A stretch of DNA of 26,026 nt from Candidatus Methylomirabilota bacterium (GTDB lineage Bacteria; Methylomirabilota; Methylomirabilia; Rokubacteriales; CSP1-6): the NCBI GenBank assembly GCA_046726415.1, contig JBKPAK010000128.1, positions 1 to 26,026 on the forward strand, read 5' to 3'. A program made the position numbers and the translations under genes. Positions within the stretch are counted from its first letter, which is position 1. The number at the start of each line of letters is the position of its first letter. Below the pieces are notes generated by a model, which saw nothing but the letters and a program-made list of their open reading frames with translations, made no database searches and had not been told where the DNA came from. Shown one piece after another: positions 16,910 to 25,923 of this stretch.

Positions 16910-17968
16910 TTAGCCGCTGAGCGCGACTGCCAGCACCGCGGCGGGCCGCCGTCCCACCGTGTAGATTTCGAGCGGAGTCAGCGCGCCGGTCTCGCCGTTG
17001 ACCCGGTACGAGGCGAGACGCCCGGACGCCGTCCCGGCTGCGAACAGGAAGCTCCCGGTCGGATCGAGGCCAAAGGCGGTGGGGACCGCCTCGGTCGGCG
17101 CGTGCCCGGCCGGCGTCAGGCGCCCGGTAGCCGGGTCGACCGCGAATCCGGCGATGCTGTTGTGGCCGCGGTTGCCAACATAGAGGGACCGGGCCGACGG
17201 CGTCAGGTAGATCTGCGAGCAGGTATTGCGCACGGTGACGCCCTCGGGCAGCGACCGGGTCCTGTCCACGACAGAGAGGGTCCCCAAGGTGCGATCGAGG
17301 CGGTAGGCCGTGACGCTGCAGCCCTGCTCGTCGGAGAAATAGGCGATATCGAGCGTGGGATGGAAGCAATAGTGCCGCGGTCCGATGGGCTCGCGCGGTT
17401 CGAGCTTGAACGGCGCGTTGGGGCTCAGGCGCCCGCTGGCAGGGTCGAACCGGAACTGCGCGATGAAGTTGGGGCCCGGGATGTTCTTCGGCGGCTCCAG
17501 GACGTTGTCGTTCTGCCGGGCGATGTGCGGCACGAAGGCGAAGCGGTTCGACGGGTCGGTGAGGATCGCGTGCGCTCCCTGCGCGGTGTTCTGCCGGTCG
17601 AGCGCCGGCCCCCGCACGCCACGATCTGTTCCCAGCGCGTGCACTGTCGCGTAGGCGCCCTGGTAGTAGGCCGACAGGAGGTATTTGCCAGCGCGGTCGG
17701 TGGCGAGATAGGTCGGCGGATGCTCGGTCGCGATGCGCCCCAGCGATGTCAGCGCGCCGCTGGCCGAGTCGATGCGCCAGCTCTCGATCGCCGGGGTCCC
17801 GCGATAACCGACATGCAGGGTGTGCTGGTCCGGGCTCACGGCGAAGACCGATGGCGCGCCGGCGGCCGGGATCTCGGCCCTGGGGGCCAGCGTGCCGGCG
17901 CTGGCGTCGATGCCAAAGCTCAGAACCTTGTCGTCGTCCTGCAGTCCAACGTACAGCACGTCGGGCAT
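16910..17968 (-). CDS. Lactonase family beta-propeller (6-phosphogluconolactonase-like)
   Basis: AHAILTDPSNRFAFVP, GPRHYCFHP, LYVGNRGHNSIA; GGAGG RBS before ATG17968. Confidence 0.92.
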   Translation of the reverse strand: MPDVLYVGLQDDDKVLSFGIDASAGTLAPRAEIPAAGAPSVFAVSPDQHTLHVGYRGTPAIESWRIDSASGALTSLGRIATEHPPTYLATDRAGKYLLSAYYQGAYATVHALGTDRGVRGPALDRQNTAQGAHAILTDPSNRFAFVPHIARQNDNVLEPPKNIPGPNFIAQFRFDPASGRLSPNAPFKLEPREPIGPRHYCFHPTLDIAYFSDEQGCSVTAYRLDRTLGTLSVVDRTRSLPEGVTVRNTCSQIYLTPSARSLYVGNRGHNSIAGFAVDPATGRLTPAGHAPTEAVPTAFGLDPTGSFLFAAGTASGRLASYRVNGETGALTPLEIYTVGRRPAAVLAVALSG

Positions 17969-18002
17969 GTTTTTTCCTCCTGCGCCTCGCATAGACCTTC
18001 CT

Positions 18003-19100
18003 CTAGACCTTGACCCCCAGAAACTTCGCGGCGGTCTCGCCGAGCATGGCCCGACGCTCGGCGTTGGTGAAGCCCGGCGCTTTCAGGATGTGGTCCACCG
18101 CCTTGTCCTGCCACGGAATGGGATGGTCGGTCCCGATGACGAGACGATTCGAGCCGACTTCCGCCGCGAGATGCCGCAGGGCCTCCGAGGTGAAGACCAG
18201 CGTGTCGTAGTACATCCGCCGCAGATACTCGGTCGGCTTTCGCTTCAGCTTCACGCCGGTGTCCATGTCCGGTGCCACCCGCAGACTATTGTCGGAGCGC
18301 GCCGCGTAGGAGGGCAAGTAGCCGCCTCCGTGGGCCGAGCAGATCTTCAGCCCGGGGAAGCGATCGAGCGTGCCCTCGAAGATCAGGTGCGAGAGCGCGA
18401 TCGTGGTATCGAGCGGGTTGCCGATGGTGTTCTCCAGCCACCCCTGGCCCTGCAGTCTCCGCTTAAGGTCCGGCGTGCTCTGGGGATGGATGAAGATGAG
18501 CACGCCGAGCTCCTCGGCCTTGGCCCAGAACGGATGAAACTTCGGGTGCGAGAACTCGTCGTCGGCGACGCTGGCGCCGACGGCCGCGCCGCGGAGCCCG
18601 AGCTTCTTGACGCCGTCAACGAGTTGCTGCACGGCCAGGTCCGGAAACTGGAGCGCCACCGAGGCGAAGGCCACGAATCGGTCCGGGTACGCCGCGCAGA
18701 ATTCGGCCAGCCGCTCGTTCTGGATCTTGATCACCTGGGTGACGAGGTCGCGCTCCGCCCGGTACCAGCGCGGGTTGATGCTGAGGGCCTCCATGTCGAT
18801 GCCCTGCGCGTCCATCTCGCGGATACGCCGGGGTCCAACCTCGGCGATCCCCGGGCCCCGATGGTCGCTCACTTTCAGCCCCAGCAGGTCGTACGCCTCC
18901 GGGATCACACAGTGCGCGTGGACGTCGATGGTCTTCACGCGCCGGCCGCCGATCACGACTTGCCGGCGACGACCGACCGCGGACAGCTTGCGGCCACCCT
19001 GGGCGGGCTTCGATCGCGCGTTGCCTCGCGCCGGCGGTCGCGCCTGAGCGCGCGCGGCGGCAACCAGATCACATTCGGTGAAGGCGATGGCGTGCTCCAT
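18003..19100 (-). CDS. Amidohydrolase family 2 (ACMSD/LigW-like decarboxylase or hydratase)
   Basis: IDVHAH, FIHP, AHGGGYLP, YYDTLV, IGTDHP. Confidence 0.92.
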   Translation of the reverse strand: MEHAIAFTECDLVAAARAQARPPARGNARSKPAQGGRKLSAVGRRRQVVIGGRRVKTIDVHAHCVIPEAYDLLGLKVSDHRGPGIAEVGPRRIREMDAQGIDMEALSINPRWYRAERDLVTQVIKIQNERLAEFCAAYPDRFVAFASVALQFPDLAVQQLVDGVKKLGLRGAAVGASVADDEFSHPKFHPFWAKAEELGVLIFIHPQSTPDLKRRLQGQGWLENTIGNPLDTTIALSHLIFEGTLDRFPGLKICSAHGGGYLPSYAARSDNSLRVAPDMDTGVKLKRKPTEYLRRMYYDTLVFTSEALRHLAAEVGSNRLVIGTDHPIPWQDKAVDHILKAPGFTNAERRAMLGETAAKFLGVKV

Positions 19101-19101
19101 G

Positions 19102-19290
19102 TCAGATCACTCCTTCTTCGGCGATTTGATGTCTTGAGTCGACACCCCCCTGCAGCTCGCCGTAGATATATTCGTCGTCGATATCGTTCGTCGTCCTCGC
19201 CGTGACGGCGGCGCCGGCGGTCGAGGCATCCGGCGATGTAGGCGGGGCTCTCGCTCATCTTGACCGGGACCTTGGAGGAGTAGGTCCTGC
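19102..19290 (-). pseudogene. C-terminal remnant of a family III CoA-transferase
   Basis: Across frameshifts it reads PVKMSESPAYIAG..HGED..EYIYGEL..STQDIK..AEEGVI*, parallel to the PVKLSRTPAF..YVYGELLGLS..EDEKVI* end of 8566-9906. Its stop abuts the amidohydrolase ATG. Confidence 0.72.
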
Positions 19291-19524
19291 CGGCGGTGCA
19301 CGCGATGCCGACCCTGATCAATCCCGCCTCGCTGGGCCAGCCCAGGAGTTGAGCGCGAACACGATGCCGCAGGCCGTCGTGTCAGGGTGACTGCCTGATC
19401 GCGATGGCGGCCAGTTCAGTCTCCTCGTGGAAGTGAGCCGATAGACGGTTGACGTGTCAGGGCCGTGTCCGCGGCCCGAGATTCAGGTCGCGACCGCATG
19501 AATCCGCCGCGCGTGGTTGCGCTG

Positions 19525-20547
19525 TCAGCCGGCAAAGGTCGGCTTGACGTCGCGGGCGAAGCGGCGCAGGCTTTCGCGCCCGCGAGCGCCACCACCCGAA
19601 CCGCCGCCGTTGATTAGGACATAGCCGACCCCGACGTCGCGCAGCTCTTCGAGCTTTTTCGCGATGTCGTCGGGACTGCCGTACATGGCACTCTGCTCGT
19701 TGATGACCCGGGGATCGCCGGTGGCCCGGTCGGGGCCGCCGTGGACAGTGCCGTCGGGCCGGGTGGCGAGCTTCAGCTGGCGGACCCGATTCTGCAGCCG
19801 GCGCTCCAGTGCCGCGTCTCGTTCCTCAGCAGCGTCGGCGACGAAGAAGGCGCGGGTTACCCCGACCTGCATCGGGTCGAAGCGGCGGCCACGAGCCTCC
19901 ACCTCGGATTTGTAGGCGGCGATGTGCGAGGCCACGTCCGTGGGCGACGCGTATTGCCCGAGGAGCAGGTTGAAGCCCTGGGCGGCAACCTGGCGGATCG
20001 AGCGCTCACTGCCCGCGCCCATCCAGATTTTCGGGTGCGGTTTCTGCGCAGTCGGCGGCTCGACGACGATGTTGTCGAACTCCCAATACTTGCCCCGGTG
20101 AGAAAAGGGCTCGTCGGCGGTCCACGCCTTCAGCAGGACCTCGAGACACTCGTCGAACCTCGCGTCGGCTTCCTCCATCGGCACGCGGAAACCAGCGAAC
20201 TCGTTGTACCGATAGCCCTTGCCGATACCGAAATCGAGCCGCCCCCCGGACAGAAGATCGAGGGTCGCGGCCTGTTCCGCCAGCAGCACCGGGTTATGCC
20301 ATGGCAGCACGATGACCGCCGTGCCGAGACGCAAGGTGCGCGTGCGCGCCCCGAGCCAGGTCAGGAGATTGAGCGTGGCCGAAACTTGACCGTAGCCCGT
20401 GAAGTGGTGCTCCACGACGAACGTGCTGCGAAAGCCAAGCGCTTCAGCCTCGATGTTGTATTCGATGAAATCGCGAAATCCCTCGCTGCTGTCGAATTCC
20501 GCACCACCGCGCCTCGCCGCCGCACTGCCGAACAGGCCGAAGTGCAT
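19525..20547 (-). CDS. Luciferase-like (LLM class) flavin-dependent oxidoreductase
   Basis: MHFGLF, VEHHFTG, LRLGTAV, HNPVLLAEQAATLDLLSGGRLDFGIG, QKPHPKIW; GGAGGTG RBS. Confidence 0.93.
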   Translation of the reverse strand: MHFGLFGSAAARRGGAEFDSSEGFRDFIEYNIEAEALGFRSTFVVEHHFTGYGQVSATLNLLTWLGARTRTLRLGTAVIVLPWHNPVLLAEQAATLDLLSGGRLDFGIGKGYRYNEFAGFRVPMEEADARFDECLEVLLKAWTADEPFSHRGKYWEFDNIVVEPPTAQKPHPKIWMGAGSERSIRQVAAQGFNLLLGQYASPTDVASHIAAYKSEVEARGRRFDPMQVGVTRAFFVADAAEERDAALERRLQNRVRQLKLATRPDGTVHGGPDRATGDPRVINEQSAMYGSPDDIAKKLEELRDVGVGYVLINGGGSGGGARGRESLRRFARDVKPTFAG

Positions 20548-20657
20548 TCGTCTCACCTCCATTATGGGGCATGAGGTAGCGACCCGGCCGGCGATGCGCG
20601 TGATGATCGCCGCGCTGCCCAGGGTTGCCGACCTCAACGGGCGTTCTCCCGGGCCGC

Positions 20658-20666
20658 ATCATACCA
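20658..20666 (-). promoter_or_regulatory. Extended -10 element upstream of the LLM gene
   Basis: TGG-TATGAT on the minus strand about 110 bp upstream of the start. Confidence 0.35.
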
Positions 20667-20762
20667 GCTGCGCTCGCAACTTCGGCTCCGCGTGCTGCGC
20701 ATCGTGCGCCGGTTCGGGTTCCGCGCCCATACCTCTGGCGTCGACACGGAGGACCCGTCGAT

Positions 20763-21274
20763 CTAGCGCCCGGCATAGGCCCCGGCCTGGATCAGCGGCG
20801 CTAGCCGCACGGTCGGGTCGAGCGGGTTGTTCTTGCGCGCCGCCGCGATGAAGCGGTCGGCGTCCTCCTGGAGCATCAGACGCTCGGCCACCCCCTGTTC
20901 GCAGACGCGGGCCACCGCGGCCACGGAGGCCTCGTGGCTCGGGTAGCGCTCCTCGATCGACGGGCGCGGATCGCCGCTCGCTTCGCGCTCCGCGCGGGTG
21001 CGGGCGAAGGGGACGAAGCTGCCGGTGTTCCACCACTGCTCGCCCTCCGCGTACCCCGCCTTGCGCAGCGACCAACCGTTGTACCGACGAGGCCCGCGGC
21101 ATTGCGCGGCGCCAGGTCGAGATCGACGATCGAGGGTAGGCCGGCCTCGGCCGGGTCGATCGCGAAATGGGCATTGCCGAGCAGGCGCTCATAGGGGCCG
21201 GTATCGCCGAAAGACACGCCCCCGGCGAAGGGCTCCCGGCGCTCGATGTCGAGCCGGACCTGGTTGCGTGCCAT
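20763..21274 (-). pseudogene. Internally deleted large alpha/beta-hydrolase-domain protein gene
   Basis: N-terminus MARNQVRLDIERREPFAGGVSFGDTGPYERL.G.AHFAIDP..IVDLDLAPRNAAGLV is joined out of frame near 21085 to the C-terminus YNGWSLRKAG..GSFVPFART..GDPRPSIEERY..ERLMLQEDAD, ending at a TAG at 20763. Confidence 0.8.
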
Positions 21275-21393
21275 CACTGGCCCCAGTGTGGGCGGTGGCC
21301 GATTGGCCTTGCCTCGCGCTCCTCGGCAGCTGCAGCTCTCGCGGACGGCTTCCGGTCGGATGCCTGGTGCTGCCGCGCTGAGGCAACATAGCC

Positions 21394-22845
21394 TCAGAAC
21401 GCCGGCCGCCGCAACACCCTCGGATCGATCTTGCGAGGAATGAGCTGCCCATCGCTGGGCGAGCCCAGCAGCTGGCCGTTCGCCACCATGACTTTCCCCC
21501 GTAAGATGACCGTCGTCGGCCAGCCCTCGACCTGCCACCCCTCCCAGGGGCTATAGTCCCGCACGTGCAGGTCGGCCATGCGCAGCGTCTTCTTGATCGC
21601 TGGGTCGATGATGGTGATATCGGCGTCGCTGCCCACGGCGATGGCGCCCTTGCGGGGATAGAGGCCCAGCAGCTTGGCGGCGTTGGTGGAGGTGACGGCA
21701 GCGTAGTCCTCAAGGGACATCCCCCGGCGGACCACCCCTTCCGTGTAGTTGACCCCCATGCGAATCTCGATGCCGATGTTCCCACCCCTGACGTCCACGA
21801 CGTTCCGCCCAGCGATCTTGTCCAGATAGGTGGTGAAGCTGCTGTCGGTGGCCGTGAAGGAGAGATCGCCCCGCAACAGGCCATCCCACAGGAACCGCTG
21901 GTCCTCCGGATACTTCAAGGAGGGGTACGTGTGGTACTTCATCCCGTCGGCCTCTCGGTAGCGGTCGCAGGTGAAGGACAGGGCCAGCGTCAGCACTTCG
22001 CCGTAGACCGGCAATCCCCGGCCGCGGGCCTCCGCGATGGCATCCAGGCCTTCGCTGGCCGTGACGTGCACGAAGTAGGTGCCGGCTCCCGTGCGCGCGG
22101 CCAGTCGGACAGCCTGCTGGAAGGCGAGCTCTTCCACCAGCTTGGAGTGGATGAGATGGACGTTGTACCAATCCCACTGGCCGCGCTGCTGGGCCAGGAG
22201 ATAGTTGTACATGACCAACTCATCGTCCTCGCCGTGGACCGCCAGCACACCCCCGTGCCGGGCAATCTGCCGCATGAGGTCCTCGAGGCGCCCGGTGTCG
22301 ATCTTGGCGATCGGAGTCAGGCTCGTTTGTCGCCCTTCGGGGGGGCGGATGTCGGTCGTAAAGATCTTGACGCTGGGGAATCCCGCCTCGACGAGCTCAT
22401 GGTACCGGGCGATCGCGTCGGGAGGAGTGCGGTTGGAGTAGATACAGTGGGTGGAGTAGTCGGTATACGCCTGGCCGCGCCAGGGCGTCAGGTAGTCATG
22501 GATCCCCTGGGCGAGATCCCCCGCGTGCGGCACGGGGGCAAAATCGATCACCGTCGTCGTCCCACCCCAGATGGCCCCCAGCGAGTGCTCCAGCGGCCCG
22601 GCGTTGGGGACCCCGGCCACCAGCGTGCGGGCTCCGGGCTGGACGTTGGCGACGGCGTGGGCGTGGGTCTCGATGCCGCCGGGCACCACAATCTTTCCGC
22701 GGGCGTCGATGACCCTGGGCGCCGCGGCCGGGAGCACGCCCGGAAAGGACACGGACACAATCTTCTCGCCCTCGATTCCCACGTCCCAGTCGCCGACCCC
22801 GGCCGGGGTGACAACGCGACCGCCTTGAATGAGCATGTCAAGCAT
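21394..22845 (-). CDS. Dihydropyrimidinase/hydantoinase-like cyclic amidohydrolase
   Basis: IDARGKIVVPGGIETHAH, GGTTTVIDF, SVKIF (Lys), VHGED, VHVT, ATD, LYPRKGAIAVGSDAD; GGAGG RBS. Confidence 0.9.
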   Translation of the reverse strand: MLDMLIQGGRVVTPAGVGDWDVGIEGEKIVSVSFPGVLPAAAPRVIDARGKIVVPGGIETHAHAVANVQPGARTLVAGVPNAGPLEHSLGAIWGGTTTVIDFAPVPHAGDLAQGIHDYLTPWRGQAYTDYSTHCIYSNRTPPDAIARYHELVEAGFPSVKIFTTDIRPPEGRQTSLTPIAKIDTGRLEDLMRQIARHGGVLAVHGEDDELVMYNYLLAQQRGQWDWYNVHLIHSKLVEELAFQQAVRLAARTGAGTYFVHVTASEGLDAIAEARGRGLPVYGEVLTLALSFTCDRYREADGMKYHTYPSLKYPEDQRFLWDGLLRGDLSFTATDSSFTTYLDKIAGRNVVDVRGGNIGIEIRMGVNYTEGVVRRGMSLEDYAAVTSTNAAKLLGLYPRKGAIAVGSDADITIIDPAIKKTLRMADLHVRDYSPWEGWQVEGWPTTVILRGKVMVANGQLLGSPSDGQLIPRKIDPRVLRRPAF

Positions 22846-23055
22846 GGCGCACCTCCATTGAGCTTTACACTGCCCTCCTTCGCTACCAACCGTGGCAGAC
22901 CGGCAGCCGCTCAGGCAGATAGGCTGGCGGTGGCCGATGTCATCGAGGCATTTGCCTTCGTCAGCGCGGAATCACCGCGCCCACCCTCGTGTATCCGAAT
23001 GCGCTGCCCGAGGCCGCGCCGGAGACCATCGTCCACCGCTTGGTCCCGGCTGCGC

Positions 23056-23084
23056 TTGACTCCACCATCGGGGCGGGCAATGCT
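23056..23084 (+). promoter_or_regulatory. Possible sigma70 promoter of LLM-PPOX
   Basis: TTGACT-N17-AATGCT, 50 bp upstream of GTG23134. Confidence 0.4.
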
Positions 23085-23133
23085 GGCCCCGCCGCGGTCG
23101 AGCGATCCGACGGACCGACAGAGGGAGGCACGC

Positions 23134-24318
23134 GTGATCACGAAGTTCGACAGCCTATTTGCCGGACACATCGATATGGACAACATCGGCTACGCGGGCG
23201 CCGCGGTCAACGAACGCCGGTTCTCCAACGACGAGCTGGTGACCGTCTTCGACAAGACTCAAGCCATTGCCAAGCTCATGGATCGGGTTGGCTATGACAC
23301 CTTCTGGATGGCCGAGCACCACTTTCAGCACGAGGGCTACGAGTGCATCCCCAACGTGCTCATGACCGCGGTGCATCTGGCCCATCTCACGCGAAGGCTG
23401 CGCTTTGGGTGTGGCTTCAACATCACACCCATGTGGCACCCCCTGCGGCTGGCCGAGGATTTCGCCACGGCGGACGTTCTCACCGGGGGGCGGGTCACCT
23501 TCGGGGTCGGCCGGGGGTATCACACCCGCGAGGTCGAGACCTTCGGGGCTCCGCTGCTCGATCAGCCGGCGAACCGCGCGCTGTTCGAGGAGCAGGTCGA
23601 GATCATCCTCAAGGCCCTGCACCAGGAGTCCTTCTCGCACCATGGCCTGCACTACAGCTTGCCCCCGTCCGTTCCCTATCGCGGTTACGAGCTCAAGGAG
23701 CTGACCTTGGTCCCGCGCCCGCTGCGGCAGCCCGTCGAGTGCTGGCAGCCGATTCAAGGGGGAACGGGGCGGGCCATCGACTTCATGGCCGCTCACGGCA
23801 TCAAGGGGGTCGTTGGCGGCGGCTCGGCCGAAGGGGGCGCCATGCACCGAGTCGTGATGGCGTGGCAAGAGGCGCACGCTCGCCTGGGACGCCACCTCGA
23901 GCTCGGCGAGGGTCTGTGCTTCGGGTTTCATTTCTACATCGCCAACAGCCGGGAACAGGGCATCCGGGAGGCCGGCAAGTATTACGAGGAAAACCTGAAG
24001 ATGTTCGGCCCGCTGCGGTTGGTGCGGGCGCTGACGGACGAGCAGATTGCCGCGATGGCCGACCCTACCCGGGCGCCCCACGCCGGGCTGCCGAGGATCG
24101 CGGACGCCATCCAGGCTGGCGGGGTCCTGTGCGGATCGCCCGATGAGATCATCGAGCATCTCAAGAAGCTCGAGGAGCGGTATCCGGGTCTCGAACGCGT
24201 CATGGTCAGCCTGTCCGTGGGCGTGCCGCAAGCGGTGGTCGTGGAGCAGCTCGAACGCTTTGCCGCGGACGTGATGCCGGCCTTCCAGGGCGTCCCGGAA
24301 GCCGCCCTCCCCGATTAG
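23134..24318 (+). CDS. Luciferase-like (LLM class) flavin-dependent oxidoreductase
   Basis: GTG start after GGGAGG; WMAEHHFQHEG, HPLRLAEDFATADVLTGGRVTFGVGRG, LVPRPL, LERFAADVMP. The ORF-track start at 21565 is spurious. Confidence 0.92.
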   Translation: MITKFDSLFAGHIDMDNIGYAGAAVNERRFSNDELVTVFDKTQAIAKLMDRVGYDTFWMAEHHFQHEGYECIPNVLMTAVHLAHLTRRLRFGCGFNITPMWHPLRLAEDFATADVLTGGRVTFGVGRGYHTREVETFGAPLLDQPANRALFEEQVEIILKALHQESFSHHGLHYSLPPSVPYRGYELKELTLVPRPLRQPVECWQPIQGGTGRAIDFMAAHGIKGVVGGGSAEGGAMHRVVMAWQEAHARLGRHLELGEGLCFGFHFYIANSREQGIREAGKYYEENLKMFGPLRLVRALTDEQIAAMADPTRAPHAGLPRIADAIQAGGVLCGSPDEIIEHLKKLEERYPGLERVMVSLSVGVPQAVVVEQLERFAADVMPAFQGVPEAALPD

Positions 24319-24371
24319 CGGGGCCCGGGCGGCGCGTTGCGCGCGATCCCCGTCGCTCGCCGATTGTCGTA

Positions 24372-24785
24372 GTGGACCGCGCGGCCGAGCTGGACCGCCA
24401 TCGCTACCTGATCCTCGCGACCTACCGCGCGAGTGGCGCCGAGGTCGCCACACCCGTGTGGTTCGCCGCAGTGGACGGCACGCTGTATGTCTTCACGGCC
24501 GGTGACTCGGGCAAGGTGAAGCGGCTGCGGCGCTCGTCGCGCGCACGCGTCGCTCCGTGCGACATGCAGGGCACCGTCACCGGTCCGTGGCGCGATGCCA
24601 CCGCGAGGATCGCGACCGATCCCGCGGTGATCGCCCGCGCGCAGGCGGCGCTGCGCGCGAAGTACGGCTGGACGAAATGGCTCGTCGACCTGGGCTCGCG
24701 GCTGACTGGCCGCATCCATCGACGCGCGTGGATCGCGATTGACGCGCTGAGCACGCCGGTCAGGAACGACTCGTCGATGGCCTAG
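24372..24785 (+). CDS. PPOX-class split-barrel oxidoreductase, probably F420-binding (Rv2061-like)
   Basis: YLILATYRASG..VATPVWFA, SGKVKRLR, VAPCD..G, KYG. Confidence 0.9.
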   Translation: MDRAAELDRHRYLILATYRASGAEVATPVWFAAVDGTLYVFTAGDSGKVKRLRRSSRARVAPCDMQGTVTGPWRDATARIATDPAVIARAQAALRAKYGWTKWLVDLGSRLTGRIHRRAWIAIDALSTPVRNDSSMA

Positions 24786-24833
24786 CCCTCGGTGCCCTCG
24801 GCCCGCGCTCGAGGGTACGCGCGCCTTTGGCGG

Positions 24834-25691
24834 TTAACCACCCTCCAGGGCGCTCGCGGTGGCCACGATGATTTTGGTTCCGTCGGCTTTCTCGCAGAAG
24901 ACCGTGACCTCGGCGCGCGGCTGGCCGCCCTCGGAGCTACGACCTGTGATGATACCTCGCGTGGTGAAGGGCTCGTTCGGCCACAGCACGTTGGTGAATT
25001 TCACGTCCAGACGTCCACCCAGGTAGAAACCGCGACCGAAATGCCGGGTCAGCAGCTCGGTGACGCACGAGAGCGTCATGCGGCCCCCGATCACCGTGTC
25101 CCCGAAGCCGAGCTCCCGCGAGGCGGCCTTGTCGTTGTGATAGTTCCGGCTCCGGTAGAAGAAGTCGTTGCACATCGCTTCGCTGAACGTCTTCCGAAGT
25201 TCCACCGACAACGGCTTCCCCGGGGGCTCGACATGTTGTCTCGCGCCTTCCTTCTCCGCCGGATCGCGCAGCGCGACCTCGCCGCTGGTCTGCTCCGCCA
25301 AAAAGCTCTGGTGATGGACGCTGCGCGCGATCAGTTGCCCGGCCTCGTCTCGCACCCACATCTCCTGTGCGACGACGTCGCGATCACGCCTCCGGTAGCG
25401 CTCGGCCACCCGCGCGCTGCAGCGCAGGGTTTGTCCCACGCGCGTCGGCGCGTAGATCTCCCATTCCTGGCGTCTCCACAGGTTGCCGAAGAGATTGTCC
25501 AGGTACCAGCCCTTGAACTGGCTGTCCGCGTCCTGGTAGACGATCACCGGGGCCACCGGTCCGCCGAAGGGCGACGCCGTCGTGTACCAGGGATTCGGTT
25601 CGTCGAGTCCCCTGATGTAGTGCTGGACCATCTCCTCCGTGATCGTGAGATCGAGCGTCCCAAGATCCTTGCCCGGGTACACGTCCATCAT
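24834..25691 (-). CDS. Double hotdog-fold MaoC-like dehydratase/hydratase family protein
   Basis: EPNPWY...SPFGGPVAP, P.RVGQTL, NYHND..A..LGF, LDVKFTNVLWP; AGGAGG RBS. Confidence 0.85.
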   Translation of the reverse strand: MMDVYPGKDLGTLDLTITEEMVQHYIRGLDEPNPWYTTASPFGGPVAPVIVYQDADSQFKGWYLDNLFGNLWRRQEWEIYAPTRVGQTLRCSARVAERYRRRDRDVVAQEMWVRDEAGQLIARSVHHQSFLAEQTSGEVALRDPAEKEGARQHVEPPGKPLSVELRKTFSEAMCNDFFYRSRNYHNDKAASRELGFGDTVIGGRMTLSCVTELLTRHFGRGFYLGGRLDVKFTNVLWPNEPFTTRGIITGRSSEGGQPRAEVTVFCEKADGTKIIVATASALEGG

Positions 25692-25923
25692 GGGTGCGAT
25701 CCTCCTGGTCGATCCGGACCTGGTTGGTCAGGGTGTCAATCCTGATACCGCAATCGCATGGCGTCGGCAAGCCCAGCACCTCTTGACAGGAGTGCGGGCG
25801 GCGTGCGAACAGCTTGTCAGACCAAGATACTGTGCACGTAGGTGGAGAGGTGGCACCATACGTCACGGTGTGATGTGAACCGTGTGCGCACCTAACCGTT
25901 CTCGCGAAGAGGAGAGTTCCACC

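Noticed and set aside
15902-18013. 703-aa plus-strand ORF
   Set aside because: Arg/Gly-rich off-frame and antisense read-through across three real loci.
21565-23133. Apparent long N-terminal extension making a 917-aa LLM fusion
   Set aside because: Antisense to the hydantoinase-like gene; the real start is GTG23134 with an RBS.
25850-25866. Sigma54-like TGGCAC
   Set aside because: No TTGC at the -12 position.
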